Shown: positions 1 through 12,648 of the stretch, in pieces
How positions within the stretch are numbered: position 1 is the first letter of the stretch
How the letters are laid out: each line of letters opens with the position of its first letter
From: Malacoraja senta
Taxonomy: Eukaryota
Assembly (NCBI GenBank): GCA_038087875.1
Contig: CM075984.1
Location: 18,042,001-18,106,000, forward strand
Length of the DNA: 64,000 nt
Reading direction: 5' to 3'
Made by a program: the position numbers and the translations under genes
The notes under the pieces: generated by a model
What the model saw: the letters and a program-made list of their open reading frames with translations, nothing else
Told to the model about the DNA's origin: nothing
Databases searched by the model: none

Positions 1-655
1 TTGTGATTTGCATCAATGAGCTTGGTCCTCAACAGATCATTAGAGATGTATATCCTCAGGAACATGAAGCTGTTGACACTCTCCACTGCTGTCAATGTTG
101 TTAATGAAGTCAGGGGCATGGTCCTTTGCCTTTCTTTTCATGAAGTCAACAATAATGGGCTATCTAATCTAATCTAATCAGCTTTTTGGTTTTGCTAACA
201 TGAAAAACAAGACTTTGTACTGGCATCACTCAATCAGATGATTGATCTCCCTCGTGTACTTTGTCTTATTGTAACCCGTTATTTGTCCAACGGTGGTAAC
301 ATCAGTGAATTTTAAAATGGCATTGGAGCTGCCTGCCTACATAGTCATGGGCATAGAGGGCGTAGAGCAGGGGACTGAGGACGCAGCCTTGAGGTGCCTT
401 TGTGCAGGTGGTCATAGAGAAGGAAATGTCGTGGCCAATCTGTACTGATTGAGGTATGTTGATGAGGAATTCAAGGATGATATTGAAATGAGAGGAACAG
501 GAACCCAGTTCTCTAAGATTAACAATGTTTGCAAAGGATGATGTTGATTGCTGAGCTGTAGATGATAAACAGCTTGAAGTGTATTGTCCAAGTTGTCCAG
601 AGCAGAATGGGAAGCCAATGTATTCACATCCGTTGTTGATCTGTTGTGGTGGTAG
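1..655 (-). mobile_element. Decayed Rex1/Babar-like LINE fragment (RT region)
   Basis: Reverse complement of ~360-398 encodes APQGCVLSPLLY; also an 'IIVDF' motif near 145; broken by stops and frameshifts. Confidence 0.7.
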
Positions 656-659
656 ACCA

Positions 660-1390
660 ATTGCTATTAACTACATACTTTCCCCTTACATTTGACCTCC
701 CAAAGTGCAGTGCCTCACACTTGCTTGGATTAAACTCCATCTGCCATTTCTCTGCCCATTCCTGTAGCTGATTTATATATTGCTGTATACTTTGACAGCC
801 TTCCTCACTGTCCACAAATCAACCAATTTTGGTGTAATCTGCAAACCCACCAACCAATCCATCTTCACCTATGTCCAAAGATAGACACAAAATGCTGGAG
901 CAACTTAGCAGAACAGGCAGCATCTCTGGATAGAAGGAATAGGAGACATTTCAGGTCGAGACTCATCTTCAGAAGGGTTATGTCCGCCTTGTTTATATAT
1001 ATGATAAATAACAAACATCCCAACACAGATCGACAGATCACAGATCTCCAGCCAGAATAACATCCTTCCACCACAACCCTCGGTCATCTATATGATAGTT
1101 CTGAATCCAGATGACCAAATCACGATGGATCCCATGCATCTGAATCTTCTGAATCAGCCTGCCATCAAGGAAATTATCAAATGCCTTAATAAAGTCCATG
1201 TAGACAACATCAACCGCCCTACCTTCATCCATCATGTTTGCTGCATCCTCAAAAGAGTCAAACAACTTTGTACGACAAGACCTGCTGTGTACAAAGCCAC
1301 ACCGACTGTCCTCCTAGCCCATTCTTTTCCAAATGTGAGTAAGTCCTATCTCAAAAAAAACTCTCCAATAACTTCCTTACCTGTGAGCAG
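660..1390 (-). mobile_element. CR1 LINE RT fragment, interrupted at ~878-980 by a Penelope remnant
   Basis: ORF pieces WAEKWQMEFNPSKCEALHFG (624..815) and VDVVYMDFIKAFD (1038..1265) are typical CR1 RT motifs. Confidence 0.85.
878..980 (-). mobile_element. Penelope pLTR remnant
   Basis: gatagacacaaaatgctggag...cagcatctctgg...tttcaggtcgagactcatcttcaga; resembles the 3' end of the intact PLE. Confidence 0.75.
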
Positions 1391-1614
1391 AATTGGAAGG
1401 AACTTCAAAACTGATGGATGGTTGTCATAATTGTAGGGATGGGCAAGGTTGTGGAGAGATAAAGGAGTGGGTAATGAGAATGTTTCAGGCAGTTTTCAGG
1501 CTAGGAAGTAAAGTAGACTGATGAGTATCAAGGGAATTGGGAAATGGATGATTGGAACCAAGTGCTCATGCAAGAATTCATCTGGTTTATCAATACAAAA
1601 GAAAGTGGAGAGTT

Positions 1615-1795
1615 CATAAGTTCAGGGAGCAGAATTAGGCCATTTGGCCCATCAAGCTTACTCTGCCATTCAATCATGGCTGATCTCAATCCCATTCTCC
1701 GGTCTTCTCCCCGTAACCTCTGACACCCTTACTAATCAAGAATCAGTCAATATCTGCCTTAAAAATATCCAATGACTTGGCCTCCATAGCCAGTT
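1615..1795 (-). mobile_element. CR1 3' end fragment
   Basis: gagcagaattaggccatttggccc...attcaatcatggctgatc is the reverse complement of the CR1 3' UTR seen at 38740-38810. Confidence 0.75.
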
Positions 1796-2325
1796 GTGAT
1801 GCCTTGATGATTGTTTACAAGAGTCAGAAGCTTCTTCTACAAGGTACCATTTTTCTTCTTGAGATGCATAACTGAATGTCTGTCCTAATTACGTTTTTAA
1901 AATATTTATTTATTTTCATTTGTCCTATGGACAAAGGAGTTGCTTGTAAAGACAATCAAGAGTCAAGAAAGCCAAGGTTTTTAATTGTCACAGAAACAGA
2001 AGAATGAAATTCTTACTTGCACCAGCATAACAGGTCTGCAAACACAGTACTCAATAGATAACATAGTAGAAAAACGGAAAAACTTTAATAAACTAAAAAA
2101 TATATATTATTAGTGTAAAGCAAAATAAAAGCTCAAAGTCCCTAATGGAACCAAGACAGTTTGTAGTTTGATGTTCAGTTGGTTGAACACCCTGGCCAAG
2201 CTTTCATTTCACTCCTGCCTTCAGGTAGAATGCATAGGAATCTGAAAATCATGACCTCGGAACACCTTCATCCCATGCTTATGACCTCGGAACACCTTCA
2301 TCACAAGACTAGTTCGATGTGTAGT

Positions 2326-2580
2326 TGGTAACCTCTGACACCTGTGCTAATCAAGAATCTATCTATCTCTGCCTTAAATATATTCACTGGCTTTGCCTCC
2401 ACAGCCTTCTATGGCAACGAATTCCACAGATTCGCCACCCTCTGACCAAAGAAATTCCTTCTCATCTCCTTCCTGAAAGAACGTCCTTTAATTCTAAGAC
2501 TCTGACCTCTGGTCCTAGACTCTCCCACTAGTGGAAACATCCTCTCCAAATCCACGCTATGTAAGCCTTTCACTATTCAG
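2326..2580 (-). mobile_element. CR1 C-terminal fragment
   Basis: gaattccacagattcgccaccctctg is the reverse complement of the CR1 'QRVVNLWNS' coding region. Confidence 0.75.
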
Positions 2581-2599
2581 TTTGCTACAAATCTTCTAA

Positions 2600-3000
2600 A
2601 AGTTCAAGGGAGTATTTATCGACATACTGTATATTCTCAATCTTCTAGGGAAGTAGAGGTGTTGACAGGCTTCCTTCAGTGATATGCATGCCCAGGAACT
2701 TCATGTAGTTGACTCTCTTCACTACTAATCTGTCAAAGAAGACAGGTTTGTGGATCCTTGGCCTTCCTCTCTAAAGTCAACAACGAGCTCCATGGTCTTA
2801 CTGATGTTGAGAGCAAGGCTATTGTTCTGGCACTATTCAATCATTTATCATTGCCCATAATTTGTCCAACAACAGTGGAATTTAAAGATGGAGCTGGAAC
2901 TGTATTCGGCTACACAGTCGTGGCTATAGAGTGAGTAGAGCAGGGGGCTGAGCACACAGCTTTGAGGTGCCACTGTGCTGATGATTATTGAGGAGGTGTC
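2600..3000 (-). mobile_element. Rex1/Babar-like LINE fragment
   Basis: ORF 2848..3156 contains APQSCVLSPLLYSLYSHDC...IFKF. Confidence 0.7.
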
Positions 3001-3013
3001 CTGCAATAGTACA

Positions 3014-3316
3014 GGCAGCACAATGGCGTAGTGGTAGAGCTGCTGCCTTACACCACCAGAGACCCGGGTTCTATCCTGACTACATGTGCTATCTGTAAGG
3101 AGTTTGCCTGTAAATGCATGGGCTTTCTCCGGGTGCTCCTGTTTCCCACATTCCAAAGACGTGCATGTTTGTAGGTTGACTGGCTTCAGTAAAATTACAA
3201 ATTCCCCTTAGTGTGCAGGATAATGTTAGTGTACGGAGTGATCACTGGTCAACATAGACTTGGTGGTTCGAAGGGCCTGTTTCGGCATTATATCTCTAAA
3301 GTCTAAAGTCTAAAGT
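3014..3316 (+). mobile_element. tRNA-derived V-SINE (HE1-like)
   Basis: A-box tggcgtagtggt, B-box-like gggttctatcc, core ccgggtgctcctgtttcccac, CR1-like tail cgaagggcctgttt, (ctaaagt)n end. Confidence 0.85.
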
Positions 3317-3767
3317 ATAGGCAAATGACAGCAATTCAGCTGAGGTTCTATACAGGCACCTCACCTTTTACGCGTGCTTGATTTACAATTTTTTCTACCG
3401 AAGATTCATTTCTGTGCTCCTATTTTTGGAATAATGTGCTCAAATTTATGCCTGGCACCGTATAGCAGCGTACCTGTAGTTGTGTGTGGTGCCAGCCATT
3501 TCTTTGATTTACATACTTTTTGATTTGTGCCCTGCTTTTCAAGGGCATAAAACGCAAAGTGTCTGCACTTGGAGTTGCAATTAAACTTGATGACATAAGC
3601 AAGACATTATCTTGCATGCTTATTAATTTACAAAAAGCATCATTAAACTTTACATAATGTGTCATTGGATTGCGATCTGTTCCCATGTGGTGCTATTTGT
3701 GAATGCCATATTTGTTTTTGCAGCAAGGTTAGGGTTCAGGCTACTGAGTGATGCAATGTCATTTTAA

Positions 3768-4085
3768 TTTAGTTTAGTTTAGTTTAGTTTACAGATACAG
3801 CGTGGAAACAGGCCTACAGCCCACTAAGTCCGTGCCGACCAGTGATCCCTGCACACTAGCACTGTCCTAAACACTAGGGATAATTTACAATCTTTACCGA
3901 AGCCAATTAACCTACAAATCTGTATGTCTTTGTAATGTGGGAGGAAACTGCAGCACCCGGAGAAAACCCACGTGGTCACAGGGAGAGCGTAGAAACTACA
4001 TGCAGATAGCACCCGTAGTCAGGATCGAACACGGGTCTCTGGCGGTGTAAGGCAGCAAGTCTACCACTGCACCATCGTGCAGCCC
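3768..4085 (-). mobile_element. V-SINE (HE1-like)
   Basis: Reverse complement of the same head/core/tail; (tttag)n tail. Confidence 0.85.
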
Positions 4086-4619
4086 ATTGTAATGAATAAA
4101 CCTAAGGTAAAGTATCCAGATTACCTCAGCTGCTCAACTTGACTGCTTATGTGTGGCCTGACTGTCGTTAAAGAAACACGTCAAACAGGGCACCAGTTGG
4201 AGAACGGTGGACTGTAAATGATTAGTTTCATTTCATGCCACATGACATCATCGGCTCATGAATTATTTATAGCAGTTCAGTTGTAATGAGCTTTGTGTCT
4301 TATTTAGGAGTTCCATCATTGCTTAACATAGAGGATGTTCAAGCAAATTACCATCACTTGCAATTAGAATATATTTGCTAATATAATTAGAAGCCAAATG
4401 TACTCCTTACTGAATAATCTAGAACTGAACAATGTACTCTGTAAAACCTTATGCGTTTCACCATTTCATGTCATGGGTTACATATGACAGATTCAGTTTT
4501 AAGTTTTATAAAGATATTGTAATACACTAATGAAATATTATGACAATTGAGCTTTCAACTTAAAGTGAAAGTCAGACAGATGAAGAGGAATACCTTTAAT
4601 GACAGAAATCCACATAGAA

Positions 4620-4745
4620 GGTCAGATAGAGACACCAGAGACTGCCGATGTTGGAAGCTTGAGTGAAAAGCAAACTGCTGGAGGAACTCAATGGGTCAGG
4701 CGGTATCTTTGGAGGGAAATGGACAGATAATGTTTTGGATTGGGA
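4620..4745 (-). mobile_element. Old Penelope pLTR remnant
   Basis: gactgccgatgttgga...ctgctggaggaactcaatgggtcaggcggtatct. Confidence 0.6.
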
Positions 4746-5032
4746 TTAGACTGATGGAGGGGAGATAACTGGGAGAGTGAGGCGAAAGGACAGTGGGGCA
4801 GAAAAGTAAGGTGGAGGAGAGAAGGCTGGATATCAGAACAAACGCTGGAAGTGATAAGTGGAGAAGACAAAAGGGTGTGGATTGTGGGAAGATGGGGAGA
4901 AGACAAGAACCAGACAGATGGACAGTGAAAGATGGTAGACCCAGAGTAGGACGGGGTGGGGAATAATTGGATGGAATGGAGGGGAGGTGAAAAGAACTAG
5001 GTGACTGAGGTGGCAGAGTTGAAAGTAAGGTA

Positions 5033-8000
5033 TATTTTACTTCGGAGTCACGAGTGACTACGTGAAGAAGGCCGTCCAGGCGCATGCGCGTCATTACGCC
5101 TATTGCATTGCGCAAAGTCGGACTGGCAGGCGCGCTGCTCCTGCCAGCGGTAAGTTTAAACCTCAAGGTAAGTTTTAAACTTATTCCCAGGTTATGTTTT
5201 CTTTTGCAGGATTCTCTGCTTACAGAGTTTTCCTGCTGAATTTCGGGGCGAAGTCCGGACGGGCCGCGGGGGAACCTTTATGGACCGCGGGGAACCCCAG
5301 TCACGGACCACAGGGAATCCCGGTCATGACCTCGGGGAATCCCGGAAACGGACCGCGCGGAACCCGCTACGGAGACCGCAGAAGTGCGGGTAGGCGGGCG
5401 GCAGTCAAATTTGCCTTCCGAGTCGCTGGCGGTGGAGCCAGCGGCTTCTGACTGGTGCCGGTAGCACCTAGGCAACCCCACTTGGAGGGTAGCCACGAAA
5501 TTATCTCCCTCTCTGAGGAGGGGAGCGTAGGGAAGAGGCCCGTTGACTCAAACGAGTTGGGCCAGGAGGATTCCTGATGGAGAGGATCCCCTCCTTCATG
5601 GGTAACGTCTTTGAACGTTCAAACCCACATGGAGCACCTGATGGAGAGGTGCTCCACAATGATATACTCCAAAGGAGGGAGTTATCACCGCGGGTCTCCT
5701 CGGGGCCCACGGCAACGGCACCTGTTACAAGGCTGCACAATGTCTCCCTCTCTGAGGAGGGGAGCATTTGGGGTCAGTTCCTGTCTGACAGAGCAAAAAT
5801 CCTGATATAGGTCCGTAGGAGGGGCCATGTCAGTGCAGGTATCCTCAGGGGCCTGCGGCAGCACCTGATTTCAGGGCTGCCTACGAATGTGACGCTCAAT
5901 CATGATATAGGTCCGTTGGAGGGGCCATATCAGCGCAGGTATCCTCAGGGGCCTGCGGCAGCACCTGTTTTCAGGGCTGCCTACGAATCTCCCACTCTAT
6001 GGAGGGGAGTGCGAGGAAATACTCGCCAGCGAAGGGGTTACTGCCAGATAAATTGGTTCCAGCCATTGGCAGAATGCCCGGAAGGGGCCAGAGTTCCCCT
6101 CACGCTACAAGTGCCGGCAGTGAACAGCGCTATCAGAGGTGACATTGGAGGATATGAAACCAGCTGCCGAATCTTCTCTTCAGGTAAGACTTATCCAACA
6201 GGTATACCTGGATGAGGAAGCAAAAGCTGTCGGCCTAATCAACGTACCGACGACGAACAAAGCTTCATCGTATCGGCGACGACACACCCCACGTCTCGTC
6301 GGCAGTAAGCAGTTCACTGAAACTGGTCACAGCTTGAAAGCTGGGCAGAGGCCTTTTTATGGCATGCATCGATTTCAAAGTTGAATACTATTCAGGTCCC
6401 ATTCACAGGGATCCCAGGAGACATTTGGAATTTATCTGGATGGGGCAATGATAACAGTTAATGCATTGCAAATGGGCTAACTTCAGCTCCCAGGTCATCT
6501 ACCAAATTACTAAACTGGTGCTGGGACTGCTCAGAGCTCAAAAATCACTTGTTATGGCTTAACTGGATGATATTCTAAACGCTGTGTTTTGCTAAATCAA
6601 CTGTTTCAGCCGCAACTATATTTGAGAATTTGAGGTTTCCTCCAGTTAAATTTAAGTTGATACCAACTACAGTTATTGATTATTCAGTTTTACCTTTAAC
6701 TATTAATTCTCTGTAACTCTGCCCTGGGGCAAGAGATTGGAATCAATAGAAGCCTGTAACAACCTTGTTATCAAGCAGTCTTCTATTCATCAAGTGTAAT
6801 TGGCAATATAGCAGCTGTGTTTCAGCTGTGCAATTGGGTCTTTGCTTGATCTGAACTTTCAACGTGCAAAGTAGTAACTTCTCAAGTGCCATATAGGTCA
6901 TTGTTAACGGATCTATGCTTTTACCAGCTGAAGCCACAAAAGTCACAATGGTGGACGAACAATATTCAGCATTGCTCCAGTAGTTTTAATCAATAAACCT
7001 TCAGTTATTGGTATCAAATACCTATAGACACTAGGTGCATACTATGGGTTATAGGGTTATTGTGCGGATATGCATACTCAGTTCAAGGTTGATACACTGT
7101 GGTGGTGGCATATGTTGGTCACATGGGTGCAATCATTTTTCAATGGGGCCCTTGACAATAAATTAAGTGATAGTCCCGTTAACTGTGCCCAACATGCTTT
7201 CTCATCATATTTGCTGCAGCGAGCGGGACCCGCTCTGTCGGGTCTCACCCTCTGATATCCAGTTTATTAAGGATATCTTTACACAAGCTTTCACAGACCC
7301 AAGTACACGGAAGTATGGGATATTGATCCATGTGTGTTAACATTACTTCACCAGGGGGCTCCAGCTATATCCCTATTGTTGGCTCGGCTCTCATAAGGTA
7401 GTTATCCCCTTGGCGCTGTTCTCAGCGCAACGGGTCCAGTCATTACTTAAATTGCAACTGGACAGGATGGTTATACCTGCTATAATATAATATTTCATGT
7501 TTACAATTTAGTTAAGCAGGGCAGCCCAGGGGTGTCAGGTCTCAAACTAGTTCTCATGTCATACCATACTAGTTCTCATGTCATACCCCATGCACCTTCG
7601 GTTATGTGTGGTCACACACTTACAACATTACGTCAAGGTCACCTAGAGCCTTAGAGGCTCTCTTACTACCTATGTAGTTAGTTACTAAAACCTCTTAAGA
7701 AGGTATCAGTTCAGATCAGTTCAGTGGTTAAAACGGGGTTCCGGCTTATAAAGGAGTAGATACTAATTTTCTAATCTCACTCCACCTGGGCTGCTACTAC
7801 ATCAGCATCAAGGGTTATGTTCGGTCCTCTGGACCACATCCTGCCGACTTCAGGATGGTCTAGCAAACGAGTTTTCCAAACATTTTATTTTAACCCATTG
7901 CCAGACCAGGGGTATTTGCCAACTCTATTTTAGGTTCTATTTTATAGTTTTTCCCCCGGATGAGAGGGGTTACTATTATTATTATTTGTTTATTTATCAG

Positions 8001-8469
8001 CATCAGCATGTTTTAAATCTATGTCATGTCTGTATGCATTATTAATGTTTTCCCTTATCTGTGGTAAACTGATGCAGTCGTGCTTGTGTGGACTCGTTTT
8101 TCTTCGGCATGAAATCACAGAGCTTCAAAGTCTTCACGTAGTCACTCATGTGACTCCGAAGTAAAATAATAAGATTAAACGAGAACTTACCAGTTTGAAG
8201 TTTGATCTTTATTTTATGAGGAGTTACCATGAGCGATTACGTGCCCTCCGCTCCCAACCCTCGTATCATAAAGATCATCTGGTAGTTCTAGTCATCTCTA
8301 ATCTTACTATGTTAGTTCAACTACTGTTATCAGTGATTTCACACCGCTGCTTTGAAGATTGACGCGCATGCGCCTGGATGGCACTCTTCACGTAATCACT
8401 CATCGTAACTCCTCATAAAATAAAGATCAAACTTGAAACTGTTAAGTTCTCGTTTAATCTTACTATTTT
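5033..8469 (+). mobile_element. DIRS1-type tyrosine-recombinase retrotransposon, decayed and internally deleted
   Basis: Left ITR (5052-5093) is inverse to right ITR (8360-8401). ICR 8131-8243 is complementary to both termini. RT relics FMACIDFK..YYS.PIH (~6357), GLTSAPR (~6474), LDDIL (~6563). YR relics HSTWAATTS (~7778) and DHILPTSGWSSKRVFQTFY (~7832). Confidence 0.9.
8131..8243. repeat. DIRS internal complementary region (ICR)
   Basis: 8131-8168 is the reverse complement of 5033-5069; 8169-8243 is the reverse complement of ~8389-8463, with a few mismatches. Confidence 0.9.
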
Positions 8470-8554
8470 GCATGTTCTCCAGGCAAATCTTTCCAAACAT
8501 GACTACATCAAGTAATGCAAGACAGAAAATAAACACAGTGCAGAGTTTAATAAT

Positions 8555-8702
8555 AAAGAACTGCAGATGCTGGTTTATACTGAAGATAGACTAAAAATGC
8601 GAATGAGTGAGGAAGATTTTTTACCCGAAATGTCATCGATTTATTTCTCCAGAGATGCTGTCTGTCCCGCTGAGTTACTCCATCTTTTTGTGTCTATCTT
8701 CG
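8555..8702. mobile_element. Fold-back Penelope pLTR remnant
   Basis: aagaactgcagatgctgg (inverted tail) followed by cccgaaatgtca...agagatgctg...gctgagttactcc. Confidence 0.75.
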
Positions 8703-8999
8703 GAGTGTTCACTTGCTGGCGCGTGCTTGGTAGTCTGAAGGGTCTGTTTCTGTGCTGTATCTCTAAAGTCTAAAGACACTATGATATTGCTTCACTCAAT
8801 AATGTAAAGTTACCCGATAGATTATGCTGGTAATTTATAGTGTAAAAGTTCACCAGTAGCTTCCACACCCAAGAATATTATTTGGGACATTTATATTTAG
8901 AAATGTCCATGGGATGTACAGCTTGAACATATTAACAAGAACACCAACCTTCTCTTGCTTTTAAGTAAAGGAAAAATAGGCAGAAAGAAGTGAGTCATA

Positions 9000-9355
9000 G
9001 TCTTGGGATGTTTCAAAACATCTTAGAATGATCCTGGTACTTTTTAAAATAAAGTATCTGAGCTGTGTTACAGGAAATATGACAAGTTGCTGGTAAATTG
9101 TTCAATACCAAGCTAACTAATAAACTAACGAAGAAGGGTCTTGACCCGAAATGTCACCCAATCCTTCTCTCCAGAAATGCTGCCTGTCCTGCTGAGTTAC
9201 TCCAACTTTTTGTGGCTATCTTTAATGAACAAATAATCCATTTTAGAAATCTCTGTTTAACAATAAATATTGCTCATGGTGCAGAGGTTAAAAATCAACT
9301 TTCTTTGGTCAGACCATCTTTTCAAAACTGCTCAAAATGAATAGGATATTCTATG
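9000..9355 (-). mobile_element. Highly decayed Deu-SINE relic, interrupted by a Penelope remnant at ~9128-9222
   Basis: Loose match to the reverse complement of the Deu-SINE 3' region (gtacttttt...aggaaa...aataatccatttt...ataaatattg). Confidence 0.4.
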
Positions 9356-9533
9356 CAGTGTGTTGACTCCGATTAATATTGCTTATAATCACAAGCAGCC
9401 AGGGCATAGACAAGCCGAAAGCTCCTTCACATCTAAAGGCTCAGGCTCAGAGCAGATGAATTCCTCCCTTGTATTCTCTTTTGAAGGAGGCATTTATGTA
9501 CTACCTCTGGCCTGCTATCTCTCAATAGTGGAG

Positions 9534-9828
9534 TCGCACGGTGACGCAGCAGTAGAGTTGCTGCCTTACAGCGCCAGGGACCTGGGTTCGATCCTGACAC
9601 AGGATGCTGTCTGTACGGAGTTTATACGTTCTCCCTGTGACAGTGTGGATTTTCTCCGGATGCTCCGGTTTCCTCCCACAGTCCAAAGATGTTCAGGTTT
9701 GTATGTTAATTGGCTTTGGTAAAGATTGTAAATTGTCCCTAGTATGTAGGTAGTGTTAGTCTACAAAGATCGCTGGTAGGTGTATACCCTATGGGCCGAA
9801 GGGCCTGTTTCCACGCTACATCTCTAAA
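9534..9828 (+). mobile_element. V-SINE (HE1-like)
   Basis: ggtgacgcagcagtagag, B-box gggttcgatcc, core tgctccggtttcctcccaca, tail ggccgaagggcctgtttcc. Confidence 0.9.
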
Positions 9829-10091
9829 TAGTGAACATCATCAGGTGTATGACTTGAACTAGTGAAATATTGACTACCTATTCTGAATCTTTGCATCTTA
9901 GACAACATTCTCTGGAATATCATTATTCATTGCCCGTCTACTTGAGTGAGGGGCGGTTTACTGAACTGGCCCTTTCACTCCACCTCCTTCATGGAGCAGA
10001 GATAAATACATTTGGTTAATTTGACTGTTAAACTGCAAGGTAATATAGGAGCTGCAGCTGTCCAATTTATCAAAGTTATCAACAACTACTT

Positions 10092-10392
10092 TTATTTAGT
10101 TTAGTTTAGAGATACAGCGTGGAAATGGGCCTTGCAGCCCACCGAGTCCGCACCGACCAACAATCACCCGTACACTAGTTCTATACTACACACTAGGGAC
10201 AATTTACAAAAACAAATTAACCTACAAACCTGCACATCTTTCGAGTGTGGGAGAAAACCAGAATACCCAAAGCAAACCCAAGCAGTCACAGGGAGAACAT
10301 ACAAACACCATGCAGACAGCACCTATAGTCAGGATCGAACCCAGGTCTCTGGTGCTGTCAGGCAGCAACTCTACTGATGTACCACTGTGTCG
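10092..10392 (-). mobile_element. V-SINE (HE1-like)
   Basis: Reverse-complement copy; ggatcgaaccc is the inverted B box. Confidence 0.85.
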
Positions 10393-11304
10393 CTAGTCTC
10401 CAGGTCCTTCCCAATAAATAATAGCCACTGTGGAAGAAACAGAGTTAGCAGATAAAATTGTTCCAGATTCATTACTACATTTTGGACCTGAATTACAATA
10501 AGACACCTCTTTCCAATGGGTCTATTGGTGCTTGAGTTTGCTGCACACTTAAAATGGCGACTGTTAGGAATGGGCCAATTGGTGTGGGGGACTGGAGAGA
10601 TGATGGTGTGTGGTGGTCAATGGAGAATTTTACAATATGTTTGTGGAAGAAGTCATGGCTTAAAAAGAATAGCAACTATCGTATGAGAGAGGGAGTCATA
10701 GAATACACTGCCAGTGGCAAACTGAAGTGCATAGAAAAATACATTTTAGAGTAATCTGACAACAAGATGAGTTGGTGAAGTTGTACTTAGGGAATCAATG
10801 GGGTGCCCCTGCCAATGTGACAATCACAATATGGGAGAATAAGTTTTTTGAGGATGATAAATATCAGGGTGTCTCTGAATGAAATGCATCATCTATAGTG
10901 TGACAACAGACTTATCAGGGAATACCTACTGAGACAAACACTTATCTCGTGTGTTAAGAAAATAAGATATTCTCTCAAACAGATCACCAAGTTTCTTACT
11001 GGTAAGATTTCCTTTGCTAATACTGTAACATTGCACCGGGAAACACAGACACAGCAAGTTGAGATTAAACAGGTAAATGCGGCAACAGATGACAACTGTC
11101 AGAAGATGTGACAAGTCAAACAGCCCTTAATTCTACACCTATTTTCCTTCCCAGAAGTGCACATATTAGTCAGTTCGAAATCAGATGGCAGGTTCACCAA
11201 AAACAAATCCAAGCTTTTTTTTCTAAACTAACATTGCTGACGTCAATTGTGTGACTAATTATTTTATTCCAATGTCTGCTGTGCGTCTGAACCAGTCAGG
11301 GTAT

Positions 11305-11482
11305 CTTTCATTCATTTGTTCTATATCTCTTTATATCACCATTTATATCTCTCATTTCCTTTTCGCCTGACTCTCAGTCTGAAGAAGGGTCTCGACCTGA
11401 AATGTCACCTATTCCTTTTCTCCAGAGACACAGTTTGACCCGCTGAGTCGCTGAGTTACTCCAGCTTTTTGTGTCTATCTTG
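11305..11482 (+). mobile_element. Penelope 3' pLTR remnant with hammerhead-like core
   Basis: ctgaagaagggtctcgacctgaaatgtcacc followed by gctgagttactccagc. Confidence 0.8.
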
Positions 11483-11699
11483 GGTGTCAGAGAGCATGAA
11501 GCCACGGATGAAAATAATATTAAATTCATCACGGATGGCACATATCTCCATTTTACAAAGATTGCTTCTTGAAAGTTAAATAATATATAAAGTTGAACAA
11601 TTCATTTAAACCTTTCTTCCTTGTTTAAACATTAACTCATTAACACATTACACCAAATATCATCAGCCATTCAATCTTGATGAAAGGTTGATTTATCAA

Positions 11700-11828
11700 G
11701 AAACAAAGAACTGCAGATGCTGGTTAATACACAAAAGGACACAAGGTACTGAGTAACTCAGCAGGTCAGGCAGCATCTCTGGAGAACATGAAAGAAGGGT
11801 GTCAACCCAAAATGTCACTTATCCAGGT
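11700..11828. mobile_element. Fold-back Penelope remnant
   Basis: aagaactgcagatgctgg...gtaactcagcaggtcaggcagcatctctgg...gaagggtgtcaacccaaaatgtcac. Confidence 0.75.
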
Positions 11829-11861
11829 TTATTTATCTGTTTGATTCCCTCCTTATGTTGA

Positions 11862-11995
11862 TTTAGATTTTAGACTTTAAACAGGCCCTTCAGCCCAACA
11901 AGCCCGCGCTGACCAGCCGATCATGCCATACACTAGCACTATCCTACACACTAGGGACAATTTATAATTTCCAGAAGCCAATTAACCTACAGACC
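11862..11995 (-). mobile_element. V-SINE 3' fragment
   Basis: aacaggcccttcagccc...ctagggacaattt...gccaattaacctaca. Confidence 0.75.
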
Positions 11996-12359
11996 TACTC
12001 GTCTGTGGAGTGTTGCGCTGTATTTATCAGTGGCCCTTGAAGATATTTCCAAAGATTCAAGAGGCAGTGGGAAATGGTTCTTACAGGAGAACAAAACGTG
12101 AATAACATAACAAGGTATGAAACTTTCAGTTTACTTTGTTCCATTTTATTTGCATGAATCTTCATCATAATACAATTCATTCTCTATATCGACATGCACT
12201 GTACATTCAAACACATTGATGTGCTTTGTCATGATATTTTTACATTAAATTAAATTCTAAGATAATTTTCCCAGGCTCAACTATTCTTATATTACAATGC
12301 TGCGAATATTCTGCACACTTGAGTTTGATTTGATAGTGTTTATGTATAGTATTATCTTG

Positions 12360-12648
12360 AGACTTTAGACTTTAGAGATGCAGCATGGAAACAGACTCTT
12401 CAGCTCACTGAGTCCACGCTGACCAGTGATCACCCCATACACTAATACTATCCTACAGACTAGGGTCAATTTACAATTTTTTACTGAAGCCAATTAACCT
12501 ACAAACCTGTACATCTTTGGCATGCGAGAGGAAGCTGGAGCACCCGGAGAAAACCCATGTGGTCACAGTAAGAATGTACAAACACCACAGTCAGGATCGA
12601 ACCCAGGTCTCTGGCACTGTAAGGCAGCAACTCTACTGATGCGCCACT
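12360..12648 (-). mobile_element. V-SINE (HE1-like)
   Basis: Reverse-complement head/core/tail. Confidence 0.85.

Noticed and set aside
2251-2302. 22-bp direct repeat atgacctcggaacaccttcatc
   Set aside because: Simple local duplication at a LINE fragment junction
9534-9610. tRNA-like A/B boxes here and in the other SINE heads
   Set aside because: No full cloverleaf; they continue into the SINE core and tail
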